The notes under the pieces are model-generated. The model worked only from the letters and a program-made list of their open reading frames with translations. It made no database searches and was not told where the DNA came from. DNA of 64,000 nt from Octopus sinensis (Eukaryota), in NCBI RefSeq assembly GCF_006345805.1, contig NC_043014.1:2976001-3040000 (forward strand). Reading direction: 5' to 3'. Made by a program: the position numbers and the translations under genes. The stretch's first letter is position 1. The number at the start of each line of letters is the position of its first letter. This document shows, piece after piece, positions 23,129-36,272 of this stretch.

Positions 23129-23267
23129 GTAAGTGTGTAAGTGCAGTATTTTACGCTTTGTCCATTTGACTCCCTTTTCCTTATTTACTAATTATTGTTA
23201 TTAATTACTCATTAATTAAATATAAATGTATTTTAATGGCTTGCTTTTTATTTTGTACTGTCACTAG

Positions 23268-23356
23268 GTTCTGCTGTGTGTGTAGGCACCTTCTAACCTG
23301 CGATCATCTCCAGGATCGTCGTATAAACTTGTTTGTGAGATGTATATGCGTTGCAG
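23268..23356 (+). other. Candidate 89-nt cassette exon with in-frame stop
   Basis: tttttattttgtactgtcactag|GTTCTG ... TTGCAG|gtatat. Read after exon 1 it gives GSAVCVGTF*. Confidence 0.35.
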
Positions 23357-23664
23357 GTATATATATATATGTATATACGACATACGTACATATATATGTA
23401 TATATATGTGTGTGTATATGTATGTATATATATATATGTATGTGTGTGTGTGTGGTGTGTGTGTATAGACACAGACATACGTCATAATGTATATATGTGG
23501 GTATATTTGTGAAGCAGGTGCGTGTTTATGATCGTGTATATATTTGTATGTCCGGATAACCGTTCACGGATGTGGGTGTGTATGTTTGTATGTATATGCG
23601 CAACGCGTGTGTGTATATGTATATACTGTCTGCGTAAATAACATACGTGTGTATGTATGTTATG

Positions 23665-23696
<32 letters not shown>

Positions 23697-24766
23697 ATTA
23701 TACATCCTCTCTGCATTATAGTTATGTGTGTATATGAAAGCGATGTATCAAGTGTCCAACATGTCCCTCTCCATATAAATTTTACTGAAGTGTTAATACA
23801 TCCGTCTACAGTTTGTCTATATATAGGATGTGTATACATACATTCATACATATATACATACATATCTATATATATATATGTATCTGTATATACATATATC
23901 TATATGTATGTATGTATGTATGTATATATATATATATATATATATATAATGTGTGTGCTGTGGTGTAATCTGTTGATGTGACTGTGTTTGTATCTAATTC
24001 TATGTAACTATCGAATAGATGTGCGTTCGATTCCTGCTAGCTCCTCCCTTTTCTCATTTTCTTCCTTATATGGGTCCTTTGCTTTGTTACAGTTTTGTAT
24101 TATGTTTATATTGATATCCCTATGGGTAAAGTTTGTGTTTGCAATCTTTTATATGGTCGCAGCAGTGCTAGGATCCCAGCGCATAGTGCTTTTAGTTTTC
24201 ACAGAAACCCGGGGCCATAACGCACACGACGGGTTTCTGCACATTTTCCTGTCTACTTATTTCACATACAAGGCAAAATAATAAGATAGTTAGGCTCTTG
24301 TCGTGAACTGGGATCGAACTTCGAACCGCACGGTTGCGAATCGGACGCCTTTACCACACAACCATTGTCACACACGACTTCTAGACTTGTCTGCGAAGAG
24401 CTTACATCATCGATGCCAACCAGTTTTGTTTAGCGAACACGAAGAAGCTCTCGGAACATCGATAATTTGGTGGTGATTGTGATGACAATAATTTATTAGT
24501 ATATTACGAAATTCCATAATTTCTTACGGTTCTCCGGAAGTTAGGTGCGAGAACTGTTAAATGGTAGTCGTAAAGTTTTCTTTTCTTTTGTGTGTGTGTG
24601 TGGTTTGTAAAACAAAAAAAGTATAGAGAGAAGAAGGATGGACAGGTTTAAGACAAGTTCTACACGATCGGATAAAGTCTCCCTTCTCGGAGAGTTGAAC
24701 AAAATAAACGACAATGCTTTTAATTGCAAACCAATATCTCCCTATTATATATATATATGTATATAT

Positions 24767-25004
24767 ATACTAAGTAATTAAGGGTTTAGCAACGATTTGC
24801 CTCACCACACACCGAATTTAGAAATAGCAATCAAAGAGTTTTGGCTATTCTTTCTACTTAAAAGGGGAGATCCCAGTAAAACCACAGCAGTTTTACTGAG
24901 ATCTCCCTTTTAAGTAGAAAGAATAACCAAAACTCTTTGACTGCTATTTCTAAATTCGGTGTGTGGTGAGGCAAATCGCTGCTAAACCCTTAATTACTTA
25001 GTAT
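24767..25004. mobile_element. (TA)n-flanked palindromic element, about 116-bp arms, 7-nt loop, one-sided tail to about 25105
   Basis: ATACTAAGTAATTAAGGGTTTAGC...CAGTAAAAC-CACAGCA-GTTTTACTG...GCTAAACCCTTAATTACTTAGTAT, with few mismatches. Confidence 0.85.
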
Positions 25005-25217
25005 TACTTAAACCTTCCTTGAATGGGGCTTTTACATGCCGAACTCTACTTGGTGAAATTAATGATTATTCCAAATTAATTAATTTCACCCTTTATTATT
25101 ATTGATATATATATATGTATATATATTGTCTATTTCCAAGCGTATGAATTTATGCATCTGTATATACAAGCATGCATAACTCTCTGTGTGTGTATACATG
25201 TATATATGTGTGTGTGT

Positions 25218-25304
25218 AGCATAGGCGCAGGAGTGGCTGTGTGGTAAGCATAGGCGCAGGAGTGGCTGTGTGGTAAGCATAGGCGCAGGAGTGGCTGTGT
25301 GGTA
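25218..25304 (+). repeat. Exact triplication of a 29-bp SINE head including the A box
   Basis: (AGCATAGGCGCAGGAGTGGCTGTGTGGTA)x3 preceding a family A body. Confidence 0.95.
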
Positions 25305-25578
25305 AGTAGCTTGTTTACCAACCACATGGTTCCGGGTTCAGTCCCACTGCGTGGCCCCTTGGGCAAGTGTCTTCTACTATAGCCTCGGGATGAGCAAAGC
25401 CTTTTGAGTGGATTTGGTAGACGGAAACTGAAAGAATCTCGTCGTATACGTGTATATATGTGTGTGTGTGTCTGTTTGTCTCAGCAAAAATGGGTCGATT
25501 TGCTCGACTAAAGGCAGTGCTCCAGCATGGCCACAGTCAAATGACTGAAACAAGTAAAAGAATGTATATATATATATA

Positions 25579-25741
25579 CTTAATAAAAGGGTTCAGCAAA
25601 GATTTACTTTACCACATACCGAAGTTTAGAAATAGCAGCCAAAAATCTTAGCTATTTAGAAGAAATAGCTAAGATTTTTGGCTGCTATTTCTAAACTTCG
25701 GTATGTGGTAAAGCAAATCTTTGCTGAACCCTTTCATTAAG
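25579..25741. mobile_element. (TA)n-flanked palindromic element, about 79-bp arms, 5-nt loop, one-sided tail to about 25845
   Basis: CTTAATAAAAGGGTTCAGCAAAG...GCTATTT-AGAAG-AAATAGC...CTTTGCTGAACCCTTTCATTAAG. The tail is homologous to 25005-25105. Confidence 0.85.
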
Positions 25742-25846
25742 TATTACTTAAGTTTACCGTGAAATGGTCCTTTTTCATACCGAATTCTACTTGGTGAAAT
25801 TATTGATTACTTCTTAATTAATTAATTTTACCCTTTGTTATTGTTG

Positions 25847-25877
<31 letters not shown>

Positions 25878-26054
25878 AAACACATGTGCGCACGCACACA
25901 CACACACACATACACATAGGACATCCAGCCATAGAAACCAAGCTGGAACAGACTCTGGAATCTGGTGTCATCCCTGACCTTACAAAGGTCTGTCAAGCCA
26001 TCTAACCCATGCCAGCACAGCAAACGGATGTTAAATGATGATGATACACACACA

Positions 26055-26480
26055 TACAGCTGTGATTGCATCAGGATGGTATAAATACTGGACAGACGAG
26101 CATGGGTAGCTACCTCAGTGTCTGGGATTTTGTCTTGCCACTTAATTCTTTGAAGTTTTCTGGGGCAGACAGTTTGGAAGTGGTTCAGTTTCCCTGCATC
26201 ACCATCACATTGATAGAATCCATGTTTCACAACCATATAGTAAAGATGTGAAAACTATTGCCCCTTTGTTTCGGCTGCTGCCTCTCCTATTCCACATGTT
26301 GTCATGGAGCATGCCAAAGGCAAGACTTGCTCCAGCGCGTCTGGCACTTACCTTTTCATCAATGACAACATTCTTGGGGAGTATGTTCTCAAGGAATTTA
26401 AACTTAGTCGCTGCTTTCAGCCATTGCCCATTGATGGTAACGTTGGGCTCAGTTTAAGGTTTGCCAGGCATTGACTGCAA
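26055..26480 (-). mobile_element. Degenerate RTE-BovB-like ORF2 fragment
   Basis: EPNVTINGQWLKAATKFKFL...ASLAFGML...SLLYGCETW...IKWQDKIPDTEV, with stops and frameshifts. Confidence 0.8.
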
Positions 26481-28696
26481 TCACAGCTTTGCTGGACAGG
26501 TAATGTAGTTCACATGCTGGCCCTGGCCCCAGAAGATATTAGTATATAGAAGGCGGCGAGCTGGCAGAATCGTTAGCACGCCGGGCGAAATGCTTAGTGG
26601 TATTTCGTCTGCCGTTACGTTCTGAGTTCAAATTCCTCCGAGGTCAACTTTGCCTTTCAACCTTTCAGGGTCGATTAAATAAGCACCAGTTACGCACTGG
26701 AGTCGATATAGTTGACTTAATCCGTTTGTCTGTCCTTGTTTGTCCCCTCTGTGTTTAGCCCCTTGTGGGTAGTAAAAAAATAAGTATAGGCGCAGGAGTG
26801 GCTGTGTGGTAAGTAGCTTGCTAACCAACCACATGGTTCCGGATTCAGTCCCACTGCGTGGCATCTTGGGCAAGTGTCTTCTGCTATAGCCCCAGGCCGA
26901 CCAATGCCTTGTGAGTGGATTTCGTAGACGGAAACTGAAAGAAGCCTGTCGTATATATGTATATATATATATACATGTGTGTGTGTATATGTTTGTGTGT
27001 TTGTGTCCCTAGCATTGCTTGACAACCGATGCTGGTGTGTTTATGTCCCCGTTACTTAGCGGTTCGGCAAAAGAGACCGATAGAATAAGTACTGGGCTTA
27101 CAAAGAATAAGTCCCGGGGTCGATTTGCTCGACTGAAGGCAGTGCTCCAGCATGGCCGCAGTCAAATAACTGAAACAAGTAAAAGAGTAAAAGAGTATAT
27201 AACAAATTCCAGCAAGACAAACACTTCCAGAAAAACCAGGGACAACACTTGAAAGACACTTTGAAGGGTTCTGTAGCAGCCTTCAGTATCAGCCATGTCA
27301 TATGGGAGTAGATAGGTCAGGTGAGGGGCAATTAGGGAGGGCATCCAAACTTGCAAATCCAAGGGGATTGTTTCAGTTGAACGATGGGAGAAGGCCAGGA
27401 AAACCAGTGTCATCAAATCCTTGACTATCACCACCGTTTCCTGTCCACACAGCTGGAGATTCTCCCAGGCATGACTTGACCTGGTCAGTCACTAATGCAT
27501 ACACAAAACCCAACTCCAACCCCAAGATGATTAAATGGTCCTTGATGCTCTGATTACTGAATGGAAATGTGTGTTTGTGTTTGTGTTCAAGGATCAATTT
27601 TCAAAATGCCAAGTCCGCTGGTGACTTACACTCCTCTTTCACCCAAAGTTTTGACTGTCTAGCATCTGAATCTCCATTTGATATTTACTGCCTGTGGTTT
27701 CCACCCATCTCTCATCTTTTGAATTTGTAGCTTCCTGTGTGATTGCACTATTGCTGTATGTGCCAACAGAGTCCTCCCTCACAGAAGCGGCTAACTGGCT
27801 TCCGTGCCGGTGATGTAAAAGACCACCATTCGAGCTTGATCGTTACTAGCGTCACCTTACTGGCACCTGTGCTGGTGACATGTGTAAAAAGATTCGAGCA
27901 AGGTCATTGCCAGTTCCGCCTGTATGTATATATGTATAATAATAATAATAATAACAACAATAATTGTGTACAGTGCTCAGGTGCACTACAACTCATCTAA
28001 AGTGTATATATAATCAGGTGTAGTTTCGGCGGATTTCGGAAAGCATGAGGGCCTTAAAGGATGCAGTGTCATGGCAGTCAACAACTGACGCAGGCAGTTT
28101 ATTCCATGCTTCAGCAACTCTGAGCGTGAAAAAATGTATGTGTATGTGTGTATATATGTATGTGTGTAAGTATGTATATATGTATGTGTGTAAGTATGTA
28201 TGTATGTGTGTATGTATGTGTGTATGTATGTATGTATGTGTGTATGTATGTACGTGTGTATATACGTGTGTATGTATGTATGTATGTATTGCATGTATGT
28301 ATGTAAAAAGCACCCACTACTCACTCGGAGTGGTTAGCATTAGGAAGGGCATCTAGCTGTAGAAATGGCACCAGATCGAATTGGAGCCTGGTGCAGGCTC
28401 CTGGCTTGCCAGTCCTCAGTCAAACTGTCCAAACCATGCCAGCATGGAGAGTGGACGATAAATGACGATGATGATGATGATACACAGTAATCCCTCACCA
28501 TTTTGTGGTTTATTATTTAAGCTTACATCAATTCCCCCATGGTGGTGTTTTGCATTTATAATAAAATAAATATAAGCAAATTACAAAAATAATAATAATA
28601 GAAATATACTGTACAGTACTGTTTCTAATTCGTGGATTTTCACCGATCGCAGAGGGTTTTGGAACATAACATCCCCAATAGTCAAGGGACTACTAT

Positions 28697-28704
<8 letters not shown>

Positions 28705-28760
<56 letters not shown>

Positions 28761-29008
28761 GTTATGTATATATATATATATGATGTATGTATATATATGT
28801 ATATATACATATATGTATATATATGTATATATATATATATATATATGTATGTAATATATATGTATGTATATATATATATATATATATATAGTATGTATAT
28901 ATATATGTATGTAGATATATATATGTATATATATATATATGTATGTATATATGTATTATATATATATAATATATGTATGTATATATATATATATGTATAT
29001 TATATATG

Positions 29009-29055
<47 letters not shown>

Positions 29056-29090
29056 ATATATATGTATGTATATATATGTATATATATATG

Positions 29091-29121
<31 letters not shown>

Positions 29122-29241
29122 TATATATATATTATGTATATATATATATATATATGTATATAATATATATATATGATGTATATATATATGTATGTATATA
29201 TATATATATATGTTATGTATATATATATGTATATATATGTG

Positions 29242-29270
<29 letters not shown>
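28705..29270. repeat. (TA)n/(TATG)n microsatellite block
   Basis: About 560 bp of low complexity. Similar blocks at 20880-21090, 31545-31850, 46510-46780 and 63290-63510, and (AAT)n at 60580-60700. Confidence 0.95.
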
Positions 29271-29273
<3 letters not shown>

Positions 29274-30618
29274 TGCACATATTTACACATACAGAATATA
29301 TAAATATTCATACATGCATAAATATCTGCGTATTTATGTCTACACTTACATACATATATATATAAATATATGTGTGTGTGTGTGTGTTTCTCTGTGTGTG
29401 TACATGTTAAATAAATATATATATATATATATATATATATCATCATCATCATGATATATATATATATGTGTGTGTGTGTGTGAATGATATTAAATGACAT
29501 TTTGTAGTAAAATTTAAGGATGCTTGAGATATAAAATATGAAACAAGTCTTGTTTTTTTCTGTAACAAATTTGACAAAAGAAGGGGAAAAAAAATCAATG
29601 AAAATTATCGGAAATAACACAGAATTAGCAAAAAAAAAATGTGGCATGTTATTTCTGTTCTGCCATGTCATTCATTTACTGGAAATATAAAACCTGAAAT
29701 AGAAGAAAAAAACCCAAAATATATTCTCCTCTCCTCTCTTTCATCAACCTTTTCTGTCTGTAACTTTGTTAAATTGTCTTTATGTTTTAAAAGCTCATCT
29801 TAAGGTTTACCTATCTCTATCTGTCTCTGTCCCTCTTTCTTTCTCTCTTTCTTACTCTCTTTCTCTCTGTTTAAGGATCTCTGGCATGGCCTTCGTAGTT
29901 ATCCTTCTGTCCTTCCGTAATTTTTTTGCAGTTATCATTAAGACACTACTGTTTACTGGATAGCAATGGCATGAATGATATATGTGTGTGTGTGTGTGTA
30001 TATACATACGTATGTATATATACATATGTATGTGTGTACAGATATATATGCATATATAGACACGCACATTTTTAAGTTCCATCCGATTGTGACCGTTGCC
30101 AGCCTCGTCTGGCCCCCTTGCCAGTGGCACGTAAAAAGCACCATCCGATCGTGGCTGTTTGCCAGCCTTGTCTGGCACCTGTGCCGGTAGCACATAAAAA
30201 GCACCCACTACACTCACGGAGTGGTTGGCGTTAGGAAGGGCATCCAGCCGTAGAAACACTGCCAGATCAGACTGGGCCTGGCGCAGCCTTCTGGCTTCCC
30301 AGACCCCAGTTGAACCATCCGACCTATACTAGCATGGAAAGAGGACATTAAACGATGATGATGATGATGATATATATATATATTATGATTGAGACCCCAA
30401 CACCTTAGCCACTGGGCTATGTGCCATCTCACCATATTGGAACACATGCAAATAGATGAACCAAAATAAGTTCTGAAACCGTGCATAAAGGATTTGCAAA
30501 CATCAAATTAATCTTGTCAAGGCTGGGTGCATGGCAAAAGATAAGATATGGTCAAACATAAGCATAATAATTTATGGCAGACCCACAAAAACAAGAAGTA
30601 GAATTTGTCTGTGCAGGG

Positions 30619-31193
30619 CAGTGGTTTTCAACCCTTTTCTACCTATGGACCCCTTTGATTGCTATTCTGTTCCAGTGGACCCCTATAGCCATTCAATGTT
30701 TAAAAACTAGTTTTATAGAAACTTCTTGCAAAATTCCTATTTTTGTTTTTCATACATCAACTTGTGTGAGCTGAATTATTTATATTTAATTCTTTATTGC
30801 CCTCAAGGGGCTAAACAGAGAGCAGACAAACAATGACAGACAAAGGGACTAAGTCGATTATATAGACCCCAGTGCGTAACTGATACTTATTTAATCGACC
30901 CCGAAAGGATGAAAGGCAAAGTCGACCTCGGCAGAATTTGAACTCAGAATGTAGTGGCAGACGAAATACCACTAAGCATTTTGCCTGGTGTGCTAACGAT
31001 TCTGCCAGCTCGTCGCCTTCTGAATTATTTATATTGTTAGAGAAAGAAACCAAACTGTTTCTTGCAATGAAGAATAAATCTAAAGCAAAATATTTTCGTG
31101 AGCCCTTAATATACTACTGTGGTTTCCCAGTTTACTATTTTGCTTGTGTGGACCCCACAAAATCTTACAAGGATCCCCGGTTGAGGACCACTG
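30619..31193. mobile_element. hAT-like MITE interrupted by a family B SINE
   Basis: Ends CAGTGGTTTTCAACC / GGTTGAGGACCACTG, with a SINE at 30785-31020 inside. No clear TSD. Confidence 0.65.
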
Positions 31194-31637
31194 ATGGTAA
31201 ACATCATAATAAATCTGCTCCAAACAAAGTTACTGACAAGCATGCCGGTGCACGGTTGCATTGGTATGGGCATATCAATTACAGAATCAGGATGTAATAT
31301 AACCTTTAGCATTCTTCATGTTTTTAGGTGTGGCTTAAAATGTGTCACCTGGCCTGATAAAACAGGCAATTTTACCCATTGCACCCTGTATACATACATG
31401 TGTGTGTGAGTGTGCGTAGGTATGTATGTAAGTGTTGTGTTGTGTGCAAGAGAGAAGACTGCACTGGTTTGGTCATGTGATGTAGATGGATGCTGACAGT
31501 TCCATAGAGAAGTGCTGATCTCTCAAAGTGGATGGAACTCATAGTGTTATACATACATACATACATACATATATATATATATACATACTATATATATATA
31601 CATCATATATATATATATATATATAATATATATATAC

Positions 31638-31686
<49 letters not shown>

Positions 31687-31774
31687 CATATATATATATT
31701 ACATATATATATATATATACATACATATATATATATATACATACATATATTATACATATATATATATTACATAC

Positions 31775-31805
<31 letters not shown>

Positions 31806-32673
31806 CATACATATATACATACATATATATATATATACATACATATATAAGTGGGAGTCCTAGGAAGACATGGGATGAAGAGCTAAAGAACAACTTCAGG
31901 TCGCTGAAACTTTCAGAGATGACAGAGGACCAAGATATCCGGTGCCTGGCCATACTCAAGAAGACCCATGTTCCACAGCAGAAGTGTTTAAAGACTGATT
32001 CTGTTGGTAGTATAAAGCACCCGTGCAGTGCAATGTAGACATGCCTGTAGCTGTCACTTGCAAATAGCTATAGCTATAACAACCGGTTACCCTTCTTACT
32101 ATCATGAGCCAAATTTTCATACAGACTGAATACATTTTATTGCAAGACTGGCTCTAAAGAAGCTGCATATAGCAAGACTAACAATTCCCCTCTACCTTAT
32201 GTCATTTTACTTTTATTCAAAGTAATCATCATCATCACCATCATCATTGTTTAATGTCTGCTTTCCATGATGGCATGGGTGGAACAGTTTGACGGGAGTC
32301 TCCCAGGCAGACGCCTGCACCAGACTTCTGTGTCTGTTTTGGCAGGGTTTGTTTTTACAGCTGGATGCCCTTCCTAACACCAACCACCCAGCAGAGTGGA
32401 CTGACTTCTTTTTACGTGGCACCAGCATAGGTGAGGTCAGTTTTGACATGTTTTTTTTTACAGCTGGATGCCCTTCCAAATGCCAACCATTTTACAGTGT
32501 GGACTGGATGCTTTTGAAGTGGCTGTACCCGTAAATACATTGCCTATGTTTCTTCACTCCATTTACCAATTACATCTATGCTACACAAATACAGTTTTAG
32601 AGGCCATGGCGTTAGGAAGGGCATCCAGCTGTAGAAACACTGCCAGATCAGACTGGGCCTGGTGCAGCCTTCT

Positions 32674-32845
32674 GCAGACGAGATGGTGAAGATGCCAACG
32701 ACCGCTTTGTTCAAAGTCTCCCTTGACCTCAAGTGGCCTGAACTCTTTACATGAACACGACCCTGTACTTAGCTCCATGTCCCCCTACATGGCCTTGTTT
32801 TTTGCTTTTTGAGCCAAAAAATTAACTAACTAACTAACTAACTAA
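32674..32845 (+). mobile_element. CR1/L2-like LINE 3' end with (AACT)n tail, inserted in a family C SINE
   Basis: ADEMVKMPTTALFKVSLDLKWPELFT* resembles the CR1 ORF2 terminus (FK..LD..W). The host SINE is split at CCTTCTG|..|CTTCCCAGACC. Confidence 0.7.
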
Positions 32846-33294
32846 CTTCCCAGACCCCAGTTGAACCATCCAACCCATGCTAGCATGGAAAGTGGACGTT
32901 AAACGATGATGATGATGATGACGATGACTATTAGTTTATTATTTTTATTATTATTTCTTCTTTTAGTTAAATTTTTTTTTTATACTTTTCTTTCTTTTGT
33001 CTTTTATAGGTGTTGCTGGAATGAGACTGGTCAGTTAGGGAGCTCTGTGAGTAACAGTTATACATACATCTACATATATACGTATATATATATACATATA
33101 TATATATATATGTAATCACACACACATATAAGCATATAGATATGTGTGTATAATTTTCAACTGCTGTCCTTTTTCTTTCTCTCTCTTCCCGTGTACTATG
33201 TCTTGTGTATACTTTTGGCTGAGGTTAAAGTAGAGAAAGAGAAAGAAGCAGTCAAACTCGAGAAAGAAGTCCGTTGGGAGTTTTGTTTTGATAG

Positions 33295-36272
33295 ACAAGA
33301 TGTCAAGTGATAACGATGATGATGAGAAAACCCTTACCGTCGTACTGTCGGATGATAATACTTTGGAGAAAAGTCCAGAGAGAAAAGAAGAGGCCTCTGC
33401 AAATGATGAGGATGTCACTGATAGCAATCCACCAGCGTCACCTCCGCCCCCAGCCCTCAGGCCAAGGGCCGCTAAGAAATCTGCTAAAATGTTGAACAAA
33501 TTGTTGAGTTCCAGTCAGGAACCAAGGAGGCGACCTGTCCGAAGCACAAGGCCCAAACGCAAGCTGCTAACTGAGTTCCGACCCTATAAATGTGAATACT
33601 GTGGGAAATACTTCCCCAAGGCCAAGCAATTGTCCATACATGTTCGCACTCACACGGGCGAGAAACCCTACAAATGCGAGCAGTGTGATCGTGCGTTCAC
33701 CCAGTCGCATCACCTTGTCACCCATCTACGAACCCATACCAAAGACCGCCCTTACCCCTGCGTCTGCTGTCCTCGGGCATTCACCACATCCAGTAGCCTC
33801 ACTCGTCACGTACGCACTGCTCATTTACACGAACGTCCCTTCAAATGTACATTCTGTGACAGGGCCTTCGCATTCCAGGATCGCTTGGACTCCCACATTC
33901 GTACCCATACCGGTGTAAGGCCCTTTCAGTGCCCCCTATGTCCACGTGCGTTTGCTGTCTCCTATCGACTAACTGCTCACATTTTCATCCACCGTCACGG
34001 CAAACCCCACAAATGCTCATACTGTCCGAAAGCGTTTGCCGTTGCTTCTCATCTGACAAAACACATTCGTGTGCACACTGGGGAACGGCCCTTCAAATGT
34101 GTGCACTGCGAGAAGTCGTTTACCCAGCCGTATCACCTGACCATACACCTGAGGAACCATTCCGGGGAAAGACCTTATAAATGCACTTACTGCACGGAAG
34201 CGTTTAAACGATCTGGTGACCTGCGTGCCCATATCCGAATCCACACGGGTGAGAGGCCCTTCCAGTGCAAAGTTTGTGGGAAACAGTTCACACAGTCGAG
34301 TAACTTGTCGAAGCACCAGAAAATACACACCAATGACCGTCCTTTCCGGTGCTCTCACTGTGATCGTGGTTTCATCCGAGCCAGTAGTGTCATTGCCCAC
34401 GAACGGACACACACTGGCGAAAAGCCATACAACTGTGGCCTGTGTCCCAAAGCTTTCATGTCGATGGGGAGCCTGACAAAACACGTCAAACTGAATCATG
34501 GCGAAGAAGACGGAGTCGATTCCAACGAGGCTTTTGCTAAATCTTACAAGTGCGAGTTCTGTCCTGAAGCATTCCGAAGGCGCTGGGAATTGAAGGACCA
34601 CTTTCAAGAGACCCACTCAAAAGACAGACCCTATAAATGTGACCAGTGTGACAAAGCTTTCACTCAAAGTACCCACTTAACCTCCCACAAACGCACGCAT
34701 GTATCAGAGTCCACTGTTACCACCAAAACAACTGTGGACTCTACAAATGAGGCTGAAAAGAAAATTGGTTCCGACGAAAACGAAAATGCTGACAATCAGA
34801 AGGGTGGCAGCCAAGATGGTACTGGATCTGAGACAAAATCTTCAACTGCTGATGTAAAACCTGAGAAACCTTTCAAATGTGAATACTGCACCTACACATG
34901 TCGACGACGGCACGACTTGACCAAACACACCCGTAAACATACAGGGGTTTCGCCCCATCAGTGTGAGTTCTGTGCCAAGACCTTTACTCAGCGAGGAAAC
35001 TTACTGTCGCACAGACGCATACATACGGGCGAGAAGCCATACAAGTGCGACTACTGCGAAAGTCGGTTCCGCTCCAGCAGCCATTATAGTACACATCTGA
35101 AACTACACACGGGGGACATGCACAAATGCCAACACTGTGGTAAGCAGTTCACAAAACTCGATCATTATCAGAAGCATCTGCGAATTCACACGGGCGAGAA
35201 GCCCTTTCGCTGCGAATACTGCGGGAAAGGGTTTTCTGCTTCCGAATACTTGACTGTGCATCTGCGCATTCATACAGGGGTTAAACCCTACAACTGCAGC
35301 CACTGCGGGGAAGCGTTCAGGCGTGTCGGTGACCTACGTGTCCACGAAATGATTCATACTGGTTACAGGCCGTATAAATGTCAGTTTTGTGATAAAGGGT
35401 TCCGGAAGTCTTACGGGTTGACTGCCCACCTGCGCAGTCATACTGGCGAGCGCAACCACAAGTGCGAGCTCTGCGACAAGTCGTACGGGACGGCATCGCA
35501 TCTCAAGAAGCATCAGCTTATTCACAACACCGATCGTCCGTACAAGTGCAAGTACTGCAACAAGACTTTTGCCGAGTCCAGGAACCTTGCCATCCACACT
35601 CGGAGTCACTCGGGGGACCGTCCGTTTGGCTGTTCATTTTGCGACAAGTCGTTTACGCGGCTCGACAAGTTGACCATTCACCAACGCACCCACACTGGCG
35701 ACCGTCCTTACATGTGCCGCTACTGTGACAAATCTTTCACCGCGGCCTACGGCCTCAACAAACACATGAAGACCCACTCGCACGAGAAGAAATACGCCTG
35801 TCCATGGTGCGGAGACGACTACCTGCAGTTTCCTGCCCTCAATGCCCACATGGCCACTCACACTGGCCTCGACAAGAACAAATGCAATCTGTGTGGCATG
35901 CAATTCTCCGACACCGACCAGCTAAACAAGCACCTGTGGGCCTGTTTCTTAACGCTAGGAAGTCCCAGTCAGCCTCCTCCAGAGAACACGCAAGCAGCTA
36001 GTTCCTCGGAAGAGGCGAACCTGTCCGAACCGTGCAACGATCTAACGTCGCCACCACAGCCACTGCCGCCACCACCACCACCACCACCTTTACAACCCAG
36101 TAACAACACGAAAAACGAAGTGGCCCCCAGATGGCCGCACCCGAGCACAAACTACTCTATGAACCGTATCATTTCCAAGACTGTTCCCCCTGTGTCCCCT
36201 CCTGGGGCAAATTCACGAAATGCTGATTCTCAATGCACTTACGAATATGCTGGCAACATGTTTTTGTTATGA
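33295..36272 (+). CDS. C2H2 zinc-finger protein, main coding exon (25 C2H2 + 1 C2HC finger)
   Basis: Uninterrupted ORF with C-x2-C-x12-H-x3/4-H repeats and TGEKP-type linkers in blocks of 11, 2 and 13; acidic N-terminus, basic RPKRK motif, Pro-rich C-terminus. Acceptor ttttgttttgatag at 33294, internal ATG at 33300, TGA at 36270-36272. Confidence 0.97.

Noticed and set aside
24885-24950. Possible hammerhead in the 24.8/25.6 kb palindrome family (CTGAGA...GAAAG)
   Set aside because: The core is one base short and neither stem II nor stem III pairs.
32822-32845. (CTAA)n as an interstitial telomere
   Set aside because: It is not TTAGGG and is better explained as the tail of the CR1-like fragment.
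33592-36001. Alternative-frame and antisense ORFs over the ZNF exon
   Set aside because: Expected shadows of a repetitive, GC-richer coding sequence, with no recognisable motifs.
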